Shown: positions 1 through 9,214 of the stretch, in pieces | Layout of the letters: every line of letters begins with the position of its first letter | How positions within the stretch are numbered: the first letter of the stretch is position 1 | From: Patescibacteria group bacterium | GTDB lineage: Bacteria; Patescibacteriota; Minisyncoccia; Phycocordibacterales; Phycocordibacteraceae | DNA: 64,000 nt | Direction: 5' to 3' | Assembly: GCA_038064595.1 (NCBI GenBank) | Contig: JBBTSV010000003.1 | Span: 41,150 to 105,149 of the forward strand | Made by a program: the position numbers and the translations under genes | Notes under the pieces: model-generated | What the model saw: the letters and a program-made list of their open reading frames with translations, nothing else | Database searches by the model: none | Told to the model about the DNA's origin: nothing

Positions 1-457
1 AAGCGAGTGCAGTGACGCCAATTGCAATCGCGTCAAGCTCATCATCGAGCCGCTTCCTCTTGGGTAGAGTGAGAAGACGTGGGATCATGGCCCCAACCGC
101 CCCTTTAGAAGATCCACCATAACCTGTCACAGCCACCTTCACTTGTTGTGGTGAGCACTCAATAATAGGAATGCGAGCGAGTCCTGCGGCGGCAAGAATT
201 GCCCCACGCGCCTCAGCAACGCTGATTGCAGTTTTTACATTCTTACTAAAGAAGAGTGTTTCGAGGGCGAGAACGTCTGGTGAGTAGGTAGTGATTACGT
301 CAGTTATTGCACGCGAAACACAAGCAAGACGTTCTTCACGTAACCCTTTCGCGGGCATCACACACACGCTCATAAGGAGGGTGGGGCGCGACGGATCTCC
401 CTCAAGGACAGCGATACCAAGACGGTCGTAGCCCGGGTCAATCGCCAGAACTTTCAT
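1..457 (-). CDS. ruvC: Holliday junction resolvase RuvC (3' end runs off the window)
   Basis: Translated by hand: MKVLAIDPGYDRLGIAVL...LALETLFFSKN...QVKVAVTGYG...DDELDAIAIG; lies downstream of yebC and ruvB. Confidence 0.95.
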   Translation of the reverse strand, partial: MKVLAIDPGYDRLGIAVLEGDPSRPTLLMSVCVMPAKGLREERLACVSRAITDVITTYSPDVLALETLFFSKNVKTAISVAEARGAILAAAGLARIPIIECSPQQVKVAVTGYGGSSKGAVGAMIPRLLTLPKRKRLDDELDAIAIGVTALA

Positions 458-992
458 AGCCACGTGCGTTGGTGAAAACTTCCTGGACGTCTTCATGTTC
501 ATCGAGTGCTTCGAGAACTACCTCCAGCTTCTCGTCATCTTCTCTGGCGACATCAATCAACGGTTCGTTCGGGACATACGCGGCACCAGCCTTCGTAAAC
601 GCCCAACTGGCTGCGCCCGGGGCGGAGAGTTCGAGACCCTGAAGGACCAAAAGATGTTTTATTTCTTGCGTCGTACGGTTTTTATTGTCCGTGAGCGCCT
701 CAGCAATAATAGCAACCCCTCCCGGACCATACACCTCATACACCACTTGTTCGAGGCCACCAGAATCTTTTGACGCGCCCTTAGCTACAGCGCGTTCAAT
801 GTTGTCCTTCGGCATATTGGCTGCCTTGGCGCGCGCAATAGCGACAGAAAGACCAGGTGCAGAAAGAACACCATTTGCCTTCTTTGACTCCATCGCGATA
901 CGTCGCGCAAAGCGCGAGAAGACGCGACTCCGGGCGGAATCGGTCACCGCTTTCTGCCGCTTAATCTGCGACCACTTACTGTGTCCGGACAT
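438..992 (-). CDS. yebC: YebC/PmpR family protein (short, 184 aa)
   Basis: MSGHSKWSQIKRQK, NMPKDNIERA, YGPGG, TDNKNRT motifs. Confidence 0.95.
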   Translation of the reverse strand: MSGHSKWSQIKRQKAVTDSARSRVFSRFARRIAMESKKANGVLSAPGLSVAIARAKAANMPKDNIERAVAKGASKDSGGLEQVVYEVYGPGGVAIIAEALTDNKNRTTQEIKHLLVLQGLELSAPGAASWAFTKAGAAYVPNEPLIDVAREDDEKLEVVLEALDEHEDVQEVFTNARGYESSGD

Positions 993-994
993 GA

Positions 995-1996
995 TTAAAA
1001 AATACCACCCGACACACCACCACCCAAATAGTCGCGGCCTTTTTGGGTCAGGATGCGGCCGCGCGGAGATCGCTCGATGAAGCCGAGGCGAAGGAGATAC
1101 GGCTCATAGACATGTTCGACCGTGTCGCTATTCTCGTGGAGCGCGGCTGCCAAGGCCCCCACCCCTGCCGGACCACCCCGAAAACTCTTGAGGAGGGTTT
1201 CAAGGTAACGGCGGTCATCTTTCGTGAGTCCATATATGTCGATACCAAAGAGCTCACACGCCTCGTCGCAGAGCTCGGCCGAGAGAGGGCGCTCATGTAC
1301 TTCGGAGAAGTCACGAACACGTTTAAGAAGCGCGTTTGCGACACGGGGTGTCGCTCTACTTCTCTTTGCAATACGTTCAATCACCTCCTCGGGCGCCAAA
1401 AGACCAAGAAGCTCTGCTGAACGGCGGATAATGTCGCGCAAATCGCTGTCGTTATAAAAATCGAGCTGATAGATGCCGCCACCAAAACGTGAACGGAGTG
1501 GCCCGGAGAGCTCCGCAACACGAGTTGTGGCGCCCACAAGAGTAAAAGAGGGGAGGGAGAGTTCAACAGTCCGTGCCGAAGGTCCTTTCCCGAGCACAAT
1601 GTCGAGGTGCCCCGACTCAAGGGCGGGGTAGAGGAGCTCTTCAATCTTGCGAGAGAGACGGTGTATCTCATCGATAAAAAGAACAGTATTGGGGTCGAGG
1701 TTAGTGAGAATCGCCGCGAGATCCCCCGCACGCTCAATAGCGACCCCTGACGTGCTCTTAAGAGGCGCTTCGAGAGTTGCGGCCACGAGGTGGGCGAGGG
1801 TTGTCTTGCCGACCCCCGGGGGTCCATAAAAGAGAATGTGTTCAGGCATTCCCCCGCGCTTTTTGGCGGCATCGATGGCGATGCGCACATTCGCTTTTAC
1901 CTGTTCTTGGCCGACATACTCATCCCAGTTCGCTGGCCGCAGCGCCGCATCAAGCGATCTGGAGAGAGGGAGCGCGACGTCAGCAAGGGTTGACAT
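995..1996 (-). CDS. ruvB: Holliday junction branch migration ATPase RuvB
   Basis: LRP..W.EYVGQ, GPPGVGKTT, FIDEIHRL, GATTR, YEPYL. Confidence 0.97.
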   Translation of the reverse strand: MSTLADVALPLSRSLDAALRPANWDEYVGQEQVKANVRIAIDAAKKRGGMPEHILFYGPPGVGKTTLAHLVAATLEAPLKSTSGVAIERAGDLAAILTNLDPNTVLFIDEIHRLSRKIEELLYPALESGHLDIVLGKGPSARTVELSLPSFTLVGATTRVAELSGPLRSRFGGGIYQLDFYNDSDLRDIIRRSAELLGLLAPEEVIERIAKRSRATPRVANALLKRVRDFSEVHERPLSAELCDEACELFGIDIYGLTKDDRRYLETLLKSFRGGPAGVGALAAALHENSDTVEHVYEPYLLRLGFIERSPRGRILTQKGRDYLGGGVSGGIF

Positions 1997-2001
1997 ATAA
2001 A

Positions 2002-2010
2002 TGGTATAAT
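2002..2010 (+). promoter_or_regulatory. Extended -10 promoter (TGgTATAAT)
   Basis: Perfect TGnTATAAT about 25 nt upstream of the structured RNA candidate. Confidence 0.6.
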
Positions 2011-2034
2011 GCTAGCATTGTAGCACAGTTTGTT

Positions 2035-2200
2035 GATCCTGTTCATACTCCTCTAGGCAAGGCTTGACGGCTTCGGGCGTTTCCCCAAGGACTTTCTGGT
2101 CCCCAACTTCGGTTGTGCACTGGGAAAATCCTCAGGTGTCTCGTCCACCCCGCATTTATGCGGGTTTTGCCTGGGGGATTATGGACGGGATTTTGTTTTT
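2035..2200 (+). ncRNA. Candidate structured ncRNA (6S-like or novel)
   Basis: 2036-2060 pairs with 2167-2191 (24 of 25 bp, including 4 G.U pairs); internal caacTTCGgttg hairpin; 3' T tract. Confidence 0.55.
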
Positions 2201-2283
2201 ATATCCACCTGTCACTGTGGTGAGAAAGGAGGTACTCCTGTAGTATCGAGCCAGGCAATTTTGCCGACACCCAGGAGACGGAA

Positions 2284-2889
2284 ATGACACGCATTTTGAA
2301 GATCCTGGCGTTGGCCATGATCTTTGTGGCGACAGACGCACACGCGCAGGTCAACGACTTGGCGGCGCGCGCCGCAGCGGCGCGCGTCAATATCGGGCAG
2401 ATCGAGAGCGTTTCAACCCCAAGAATGAACCTCTCCTACAACAATTTCTGCCAGACGGTAGATGTGATGGCATTTCAATCATCACGTCACAAGGGAGGCG
2501 ACCGAAACGGAGGTCTCAACCAAGAGAACAAGGGGGTGGGGATACGGTGTAGTGCGGGGGAAAACGCAGTATCGTCTGCACTCATCGGCGGGCTTGAAAA
2601 CTCGCAGCGCGGCAGCGCATTCTTCGCAGGGTACGGATTCACCCTCCGGACCCCAGAGCTTGTGCGAGGTCTGCGGGCCTACGCGGGCATCGACGCACTC
2701 TACGTGATCTACGAGTGGCCAAGCCACCGTGAGACGGTCGTCCGCGTCCTCGATGTGCGCAACGTAGGACTCAACCACGAGTTGCCATACTCGTGGGGAA
2801 GTCTCTCGTACAACCTTGGCTGGTTGAGCAGCACAGGAATTCGGATCAGGTCGTTTGTATGGCGGGTGCCGACCAGATTCTTTCAGTGA
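2284..2889 (+). CDS. Secreted protein, possible PagP-like beta-barrel
   Basis: Signal peptide ending AHA; SD CAGGAG; SSRH...NQENKGVG...GGLENSQRGSAFFAGYG pattern. Confidence 0.6.
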   Translation: MTRILKILALAMIFVATDAHAQVNDLAARAAAARVNIGQIESVSTPRMNLSYNNFCQTVDVMAFQSSRHKGGDRNGGLNQENKGVGIRCSAGENAVSSALIGGLENSQRGSAFFAGYGFTLRTPELVRGLRAYAGIDALYVIYEWPSHRETVVRVLDVRNVGLNHELPYSWGSLSYNLGWLSSTGIRIRSFVWRVPTRFFQ

Positions 2890-2890
2890 A

Positions 2891-2914
2891 GAACGCCGCC
2901 TCCGGGCGGTGTTC
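2891..2914. terminator. Hairpin between convergent genes
   Basis: gaacgccgcc-tccg-ggcggtgttc. Confidence 0.6.
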
Positions 2915-2918
2915 GTGT

Positions 2919-4588
2919 TTAACGCGGAAGATCAACAGTGGCGATAACCTCAGAGAGGGAGGTGACGCCAGCAAGTGCTTTGATAATCCCGTCCTGTGCC
3001 ATGGTGGGGTAGCCCTGCTTTGCCGCGACCTTTACAATCTCATTTTCTGGCGGGTTGTCGCGGAGGAACTCAGCAAGCTCATCGTCCATAAAGATCGTCT
3101 CATAGAGCCCAACGCGACCTCTATACCCCGGCTGATCGTCAGTGGAGACCGGCTCCCACACCGTTTCAATCTTTTCGGGGATGAGTGAGCGATCGGTGAG
3201 GGTTGAGAATATTTTTGTTACCAACTCCTTTTCTTCAGGAGTGAGTGGGCGCTCTTTTTTATGCTCCGGGTCGAGCTTGCGTACCAGCCGCTGTGCCATC
3301 GAGACCGTGACGGCCGAGCCAAAAGACTTTGGGTCGACCCCAAGATCGACGAGACGAGGGAAGGTGCCGGCGGCGTTATTGGTGTGGAGCGTCGAGAAGA
3401 CAAAGTGTCCGGTGAGTGCGGCTTGGATGGCAATCCCCGCCGTCTCGCCATCACGAATTTCGCCGACCATGATGATGTCAGGGTCTTGTCGCACAATAGA
3501 CCGGAGCCCTTCGGCGAAGGTGTACTTCTCGCCCGCAACCTGTGTTTGGACAATACCATCAAGGTGATACTCAATCGGATCTTCAATCGTGATGATCTTA
3601 ATCTCTGGGGTGTGTATCTCACGGAGGAAGGAGTAGAGCGTGGTCGTTTTACCGCTCCCCGTTGGACCTGTGGTGAGTAGCATGCCGTTTGGGCGGCGGA
3701 TCTCGGTCTCAAGACGCGCGAGGAGTTTTGCGGGGATGCCGAGGTCTTTATAGGAGACCTTCGTCGCTTCAGGGTCGAGGATACGCATCACGATTGATTC
3801 ACCGTAGTTACCAGGGATGAGGGAGACACGCATCTCGATCTGCTTATCCCCCTTCATCACACTGAAGCGTCCATCCTGGGCCTCTTTGGTGACATTGAGC
3901 TTTACTCCGGCGAGGAGCTTAAAACGTGAGTTGATTTGGCGATAGAGCGCCGGCTCAAAGGAGTCGATAGGGGTCAGCTGACCGTCGATGCGAAGCCGGA
4001 GTGTCGTCGTTGTCTCACTCGGCTCAAAATGGAGGTCGGAGGCGCGTAGCGCAAAGGCTCCCGCCATCACGAGCTCGATGATGCGCGAGACTCTCTCAAG
4101 CGAATTAAGAGCAGTTGCTTTATCAAGCTCCTCTTTCAGTTTTGTTTTACTGGCCCCACCAGCGGTTAGAAGCTCGAGTGTTTCAGTAGTGACGATGAGG
4201 ATCCCGGGCTTGGAGACGGTGGCGAGCGAGAGTTCACGGTACCGTTCGAGCGCCCTCTCGATACTTTTCCTCGATGCGAGCGCGATGGTGGTGGTGTACT
4301 CACGAGCAGCAAGGCTGCTCGTGAGTCTTGTGAGGGCTGGGTTGTTGGGGTTATGGACAGCGAGCGAGAGTTCTTTAGCATTCTTTTCATACGCTACTGC
4401 TTCCGCAGCGCGCGCCTCTTCCTCGGGGATTACGCGGAGCGCATCGCTATCAATCGCTTTGAGCGAGAGATCGACATACGGTATCCCATATTTTTCAGAG
4501 AGGATACGCGCAAGATCCTCCTCCTCGCGTTCGCGGATATGTGCGAGCTTGTCGCCCTCTTTGGTGGTGTCAAACGGTAAATCCATAA
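2919..4588 (-). CDS. pilB: Type IV pilus/T2SS assembly ATPase, PilB/GspE family
   Basis: ASDLHFEP, QDGRF, TGPTGSGKTTT, TIEDPIEY, RQDPDIIMVGEIRD, TGH..FSTLHTN; start taken at MDLPF. Confidence 0.92.
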
Positions 4589-4628
4589 CGGCATCATACC
4601 ACCCTCGAAAAGGGGAGGGGCGGGTGGC

Positions 4629-4658
4629 TTGACAAGCAGGCCATTTTGATAGTATAAT
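4629..4658 (+). promoter_or_regulatory. Sigma70 promoter TTGACA-N18-TATAAT
   Basis: Consensus -35 and -10 hexamers upstream of the ORF at 4688. Confidence 0.75.
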
Positions 4659-4687
4659 AAATATGTTCAAACTCACAGGAGAATCCC

Positions 4688-5068
4688 ATGAGGACTCTCA
4701 TCGTTCTTTTGATCGCCGCCTTCACGGCGGCCTGCGCGCAGATGCCCAGCTACACGCCGGGGCGCGACGCCCCGGCGCAAGTGAACGCCGGGAAGACCTG
4801 CGTCTTCCCGCTCCAGTGGCAGTGGCTTGCCACGGAGAAACAGTGGGTCTGCGGACCCATTGTCACCGTGGCCCTGCCGCACCTCAGAAATACGTGCACG
4901 AGCGCGGATTTCTGGGGCCCTGGCTTTAGCGGCTCCAGCACCACCTGCCGCGACCACAATGGTGTGGTCGTACTCGAGCGGACGTGCTTTAACCACGCCA
5001 TCGCATGGCGGCGAGGCTTCTCGAGCAGCCACTCGAGCTGCGAGGTCACGGTGCCCAAAAAGCCGTGA
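4688..5068 (+). CDS. Cys-rich putative lipoprotein
   Basis: Lipobox-like FTAAC after a hydrophobic stretch; SD CAGGAG; own promoter and downstream hairpin. Confidence 0.65.
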   Translation: MRTLIVLLIAAFTAACAQMPSYTPGRDAPAQVNAGKTCVFPLQWQWLATEKQWVCGPIVTVALPHLRNTCTSADFWGPGFSGSSTTCRDHNGVVVLERTCFNHAIAWRRGFSSSHSSCEVTVPKKP

Positions 5069-5078
5069 CCTCGCGAAC

Positions 5079-5109
5079 GTGCGCTCGTTCCCCCCGGGAA
5101 CGAGCGCAC
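5079..5109 (+). terminator. Hairpin/terminator
   Basis: gtgcgctcgttccc / gggaacgagcgcac arms followed by tgttgtttt. Confidence 0.7.
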
Positions 5110-5138
5110 TGTTGTTTTCAGCGGTACAATACAGGCCT

Positions 5139-5576
5139 ATGGTGGTGACGATTCATACCCTCGATGAGCTCGCCGCCGAGGCGGCGCGTTTTGTTGCGAC
5201 GCTCTCTCCGGGAGCCGGCGCGACCCTCGTCACCCTCTCAGGCGAGCTCGGGACCGGCAAGACCGCCTTCACCAAGGCGGTCGCCAAAGTGTTGGGCATT
5301 GAAGATATCGTCAACAGCCCCACCTTCGTCCTCGAAAAGATCTACCTACTTGGGGGTCCAACCCCCAAGTACGCGCGACTGGTGCATATTGATGCGTATC
5401 GGCTCGAGAAAGGGAGTGATCTCGCGCCCCTCGGTTTTGACGAGCTCATGCAGGAGCCGAACAACCTCATTTTTCTTGAGTGGCCGGAGCGCGTTACTGA
5501 CGCACTTCCTGTGCCAGCGGCAAAGCTCCTTCTAAAGTTACTTCCCGACGGCTCACGCACCATTTCTTATGACTAA
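5139..5576 (+). CDS. tsaE: tRNA threonylcarbamoyladenosine biosynthesis ATPase TsaE
   Basis: LSGELGTGKT, VNSPTF, HIDAYRL, LEWPE; start taken at MVVTI. Confidence 0.93.
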   Translation: MVVTIHTLDELAAEAARFVATLSPGAGATLVTLSGELGTGKTAFTKAVAKVLGIEDIVNSPTFVLEKIYLLGGPTPKYARLVHIDAYRLEKGSDLAPLGFDELMQEPNNLIFLEWPERVTDALPVPAAKLLLKLLPDGSRTISYD

Positions 5577-7965
5577 AAAATCTGACAAGAAGCGGATTGT
5601 ACTTCTCGATAGTCACGCGATTATTCATCGCGCCTATCACGCACTCTTTGCCGCTGAATTGACGGGACCAGACGGCGCTCCTACCGGCGCACTCTACGGA
5701 CTCGTCTCAATGCTCCTGAAGATTGTGACTGACTTGAAGCCTGACTACATCGCGGCCTGCTTCGACCTCGCGGGCCCCACCATCCGCCACGAGGCGTATG
5801 CCGACTACAAGGGCACCCGCGCCAAGACCGACGACGCGCTCTCGCAGCAGATTGATGCGTCACGCAAAGTCTTTGAAGCGTTCTCGATCCCACTCTACGA
5901 GAAAGAGGGGTATGAGGCCGACGACCTTCTCGGTACTATTGCGCATGAGGTGAAGAAGAGTGCCGACGTGATCATCGCCTCCGGCGACATGGACACTCTG
6001 CAGCTCGTCGACGACGCGCGAGTGAGAGTCTATATGCCCAAGAAGAGCATTAACGACACGATGCTCTACGATGAAAAGGCGGTGATTGAGCGCTTTGGCT
6101 TTGGCCCCGCGCTCATCCCAGACTATAAGGGGCTCCGCGGCGACCCCTCCGACAACATCAAAGGCGTGCCCGGCATTGGAGAGAAGACGGCGACCGAACT
6201 CATCACCGCCTTCGGCTCTCTTGAGAAAATCTACGCCACCTTGAAAAAGAAAAACGGTGAGGATGTGTTTCTTGAGAAGGGGATCAAAGCCCGTATAATT
6301 GGGCTCCTTAAGGAGTATGAAGAGGATGCGCGCTTCTCGAAGGCGCTTGCCACTATCCGTCTCGACGCTCCTATCGCGTTCTCGCTTCCTGAAAAACCGT
6401 GGGGAGAAAATGTTGACGCGAGCCGGGTGCTCGCCCTGTGTGACGATCTCGGCTTTCGCACCTTGCGCGAGCGAGTTAAGACGGTACTCAAAAAAGAAAC
6501 CCCGTTTTTCAATGACGCTGATTTTGAAGGCGAACCAGAGCCTGCTCCTGAAGACGTTGACCCGCAACTCTTTGCCGAAGCACAGGTGATGCTCTGGCTC
6601 ATCTCGTCAGAATTTACCAACCCCTCCCTCGATGATGTCCTCGCCTTTACTAAAGAGCGCGCCCTCCCGGCAGCACACACCGTGCTTGTTGCTGAAATCA
6701 AAAAACTCGGACGGGTCGAGGAAGTGTACGAGAACATAGAGAAGCCACTGATACCGATCGTGCGCGAGATGGGCGCCCATGGCGTGAAGATTGATAAAGA
6801 AGTGCTCGCCGATCTTGCAAAGAAATACAATGCCGAGCTCCACGAGATAGAACAGAAGATATACAAAGCGGCGGGACGCGAATTCAACGTCAGCTCGCCG
6901 AAGCAGCTCGGCGAGGTGCTCTTCGACGAACTGAAGATTATTCCTGATAAACAAAAAAAGACCGCAGGTGGCCAGCGATCCACGCGCGAGAGCGAGCTCG
7001 AGAAGATTAAAGACGAGCACCCCATTGTCGCCGACATTCTTGAGTACCGCGAGCTGAAGAAGCTCCTCGGCACCTATATCGAGAACCTCCCCCTGATGCT
7101 CGATAGCGACGACCGGCTCCACGCGGAGTTTCTCCAGACGGGCGCCGTCACCGGGCGCATGGCGTCACAGAATCCGGGGATGCAGAATATTCCACTGCGC
7201 ACTGAACGCGGACGCGCGATTCGTCACGCGTTTATCGCGAGCGAGGGCTACACCCTACTAGGCCTCGACTATTCACAGATCGAGCTGCGCATCGCTGCTA
7301 TTCTCTCCGGCGACGAAAAGCTCTGTGCGATATTTAAAAATGGGCGCGACGTGCACCAAGAAGTGGCGGCACAGGTGTTTGGGGTCGTGCCAGAACAGGT
7401 GTACGCCGAGATGCGCCGGCGCGCCAAGATTATCAACTTCGGCATCCTCTACGGGATGGGCGTCAACGCGCTGCGCTCTCAGCTCGGCTCCACCACCGCC
7501 GAGGCGCACCAATTCCTCGATGACTACTTCGCCACGTTCAAGACACTCGCGGAATACCTGGAGAGTACTAAAGGCTTTGCACGCAAGCACGGTTACACCG
7601 AGACCTTGTTTGGCCGCCGCCGTCAGTTCCCCGAGATGAAGTCGAGTCTCCCGTATGTGCGGGCGCAGGCAGAGCGGATGGCGATTAATGCGCCGATTCA
7701 GGGCACCCAAGCTGACATCATCAAGCTCGCGATGGTGCGGATCGACGATCTCTTGAGAAAAGAAGGGAAGCAGGATGACGCGCATCTGCTGCTGCAAGTG
7801 CACGATGAGCTCGTGTATGAGATCCGCACTGAAGAAGTGGCAGAACTGGGTGCGAAGATAAAACAGATTATGGAGTCGGTGTTGCCCATGAGCGAGACGC
7901 GCGGGGTGCCTATTACCGCAACGATGAAAGCAGGGAAGGATTGGGGAAGCATGCAGCCACTATGA
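5569..7965 (+). CDS. polA: DNA polymerase I (5'-3' exonuclease + polymerase; 3'-5' exonuclease region reduced)
   Basis: EADD, GDPSDNIKGVPGIGEKTA, DYSQIELR, AKIINFGILYG, LQVHDELV; 798 aa. Confidence 0.97.
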   Translation: MTKKSDKKRIVLLDSHAIIHRAYHALFAAELTGPDGAPTGALYGLVSMLLKIVTDLKPDYIAACFDLAGPTIRHEAYADYKGTRAKTDDALSQQIDASRKVFEAFSIPLYEKEGYEADDLLGTIAHEVKKSADVIIASGDMDTLQLVDDARVRVYMPKKSINDTMLYDEKAVIERFGFGPALIPDYKGLRGDPSDNIKGVPGIGEKTATELITAFGSLEKIYATLKKKNGEDVFLEKGIKARIIGLLKEYEEDARFSKALATIRLDAPIAFSLPEKPWGENVDASRVLALCDDLGFRTLRERVKTVLKKETPFFNDADFEGEPEPAPEDVDPQLFAEAQVMLWLISSEFTNPSLDDVLAFTKERALPAAHTVLVAEIKKLGRVEEVYENIEKPLIPIVREMGAHGVKIDKEVLADLAKKYNAELHEIEQKIYKAAGREFNVSSPKQLGEVLFDELKIIPDKQKKTAGGQRSTRESELEKIKDEHPIVADILEYRELKKLLGTYIENLPLMLDSDDRLHAEFLQTGAVTGRMASQNPGMQNIPLRTERGRAIRHAFIASEGYTLLGLDYSQIELRIAAILSGDEKLCAIFKNGRDVHQEVAAQVFGVVPEQVYAEMRRRAKIINFGILYGMGVNALRSQLGSTTAEAHQFLDDYFATFKTLAEYLESTKGFARKHGYTETLFGRRRQFPEMKSSLPYVRAQAERMAINAPIQGTQADIIKLAMVRIDDLLRKEGKQDDAHLLLQVHDELVYEIRTEEVAELGAKIKQIMESVLPMSETRGVPITATMKAGKDWGSMQPL

Positions 7966-8648
7966 TCTACCTCTTTCACGGGTCTGATATCGAGAAAACG
8001 CGGCGCAAGGCCTTCGAGTGGGTCGAGGCCGCTCGCGCGAAGGAGCCAAACCTAGTGTACGTGCGTCTTGCGCGTGAGGAGCTCACCGCGGCAGCTCTTC
8101 TCGACGTGGCGAGCGCGGGCGGGCTCTTCGTCTCGCGGCTTCTTGTCCTCCTCGACGACCCGTTCCCGAGCGCACGTGTTGCGAGCGACGATGACGAAGA
8201 AGAGACCGTGAGCGCAAGTGTTCTTGAAGACGCACTCGAGAGCCTCGCCGCCTCTAACAACGTCATCCTCATCCTCGCGCCCAAGCTCGCGACAGCAAAA
8301 GTGAAGAAGATAAGCGCACTCGCGAAGCATGTCTATGTATATGAAAAAGCTGCCGCGCGCGAAGACGCGCGCGGATTTAACTCTGGTCTCGTGAACGCGC
8401 TTGCCGCGCGAGCGAGCGAGAAGCTCTGGCTCGAGATTATGCGCGCAACGCGCGCGGGCGACGCTCCCGAAATGCTCCACGGACTCCTGCACTGGAAGGC
8501 GCGCGATCTTATGGAGAAGGGCGGACGCGCATGGAAGCCAGAAGAGTCACGCCGGCTCTCACTGGATCTCATCGAGCTCCTTCAATCTTCGCGTCGTGGC
8601 GGCCTCCCGCTCGACCTCGCGCTCGAGAAATTCGCTCTCTCATTGTAA
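7962..8648 (+). CDS. holA: DNA polymerase III delta subunit-like protein (short)
   Basis: MIYLFHGSD start, GGLF..RLLVLLD, C-terminal LEKFAL. Confidence 0.6.
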   Translation: MIYLFHGSDIEKTRRKAFEWVEAARAKEPNLVYVRLAREELTAAALLDVASAGGLFVSRLLVLLDDPFPSARVASDDDEEETVSASVLEDALESLAASNNVILILAPKLATAKVKKISALAKHVYVYEKAAAREDARGFNSGLVNALAARASEKLWLEIMRATRAGDAPEMLHGLLHWKARDLMEKGGRAWKPEESRRLSLDLIELLQSSRRGGLPLDLALEKFALSL

Positions 8649-8657
8649 TATCTACGT

Positions 8658-9047
8658 ATGAAAGAATTTGAAGATAAGATACGAGAGCATCTTGTAGAAA
8701 GAAAATGGGATAAGTTGCGTCCCGCAGATCTTGCCAAATCGGTATCAATAGAAGCAGCAGAGTTGCTTGAAATTTTTCAATGGACAAGCCAGACACTCGA
8801 TGAAGTAAAAGCAGATACTGCAAAAATAGACGCAATTAAAAAAGAGCTCGCTGATGTGCTCATTTACTGCTTTGATATTAGCGTACTTCTGGAGTTAGAT
8901 ACTGAAAAAATTCTTCTTGAAAAACTTGAGAAGGTAAAGCAAAAATACCCCGCACACCTCTTCAACATCAGAGATGACAACGCCGACGCAGGCTCAGAAG
9001 AAATTTATTGGAAAATCAAAAAGGAACACCGAATGAAGGGGGAATAA
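8658..9047 (+). CDS. MazG-like nucleotide pyrophosphohydrolase
   Basis: DLAKSVSIEAAELLEIFQW...ELADVLIY...KYP. Confidence 0.85.
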   Translation: MKEFEDKIREHLVERKWDKLRPADLAKSVSIEAAELLEIFQWTSQTLDEVKADTAKIDAIKKELADVLIYCFDISVLLELDTEKILLEKLEKVKQKYPAHLFNIRDDNADAGSEEIYWKIKKEHRMKGE

Positions 9048-9141
9048 CTGCAGGCCGTCTAATCCTGAACCTGGGTGTGGTAGTATATTAAGGGAGTCGT
9101 CGAAAAACAGAACAGATGGTACTGTGCGGTTAGAAAATAAC

Positions 9142-9213
9142 GCGCCCGTAGCTCAGCGGTAGAGCAGCAGACTTTTAATCTGTTGGTCGATGGTTCGATC
9201 CCATCCGGGCGCA
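9142..9213 (+). tRNA. tRNA-Lys(TTT)
   Basis: Acceptor stem GCGCCCG/CGGGCGC, anticodon loop CT-TTT-AA, GGTTCGATCC. Confidence 0.95.
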
Positions 9214-9214
9214 C

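Noticed and set aside
1990-2010. TTGACA...TATAAT as a -35/-10 pair
   Set aside because: The spacing is only 9 nt. Only the extended -10 element is credible.
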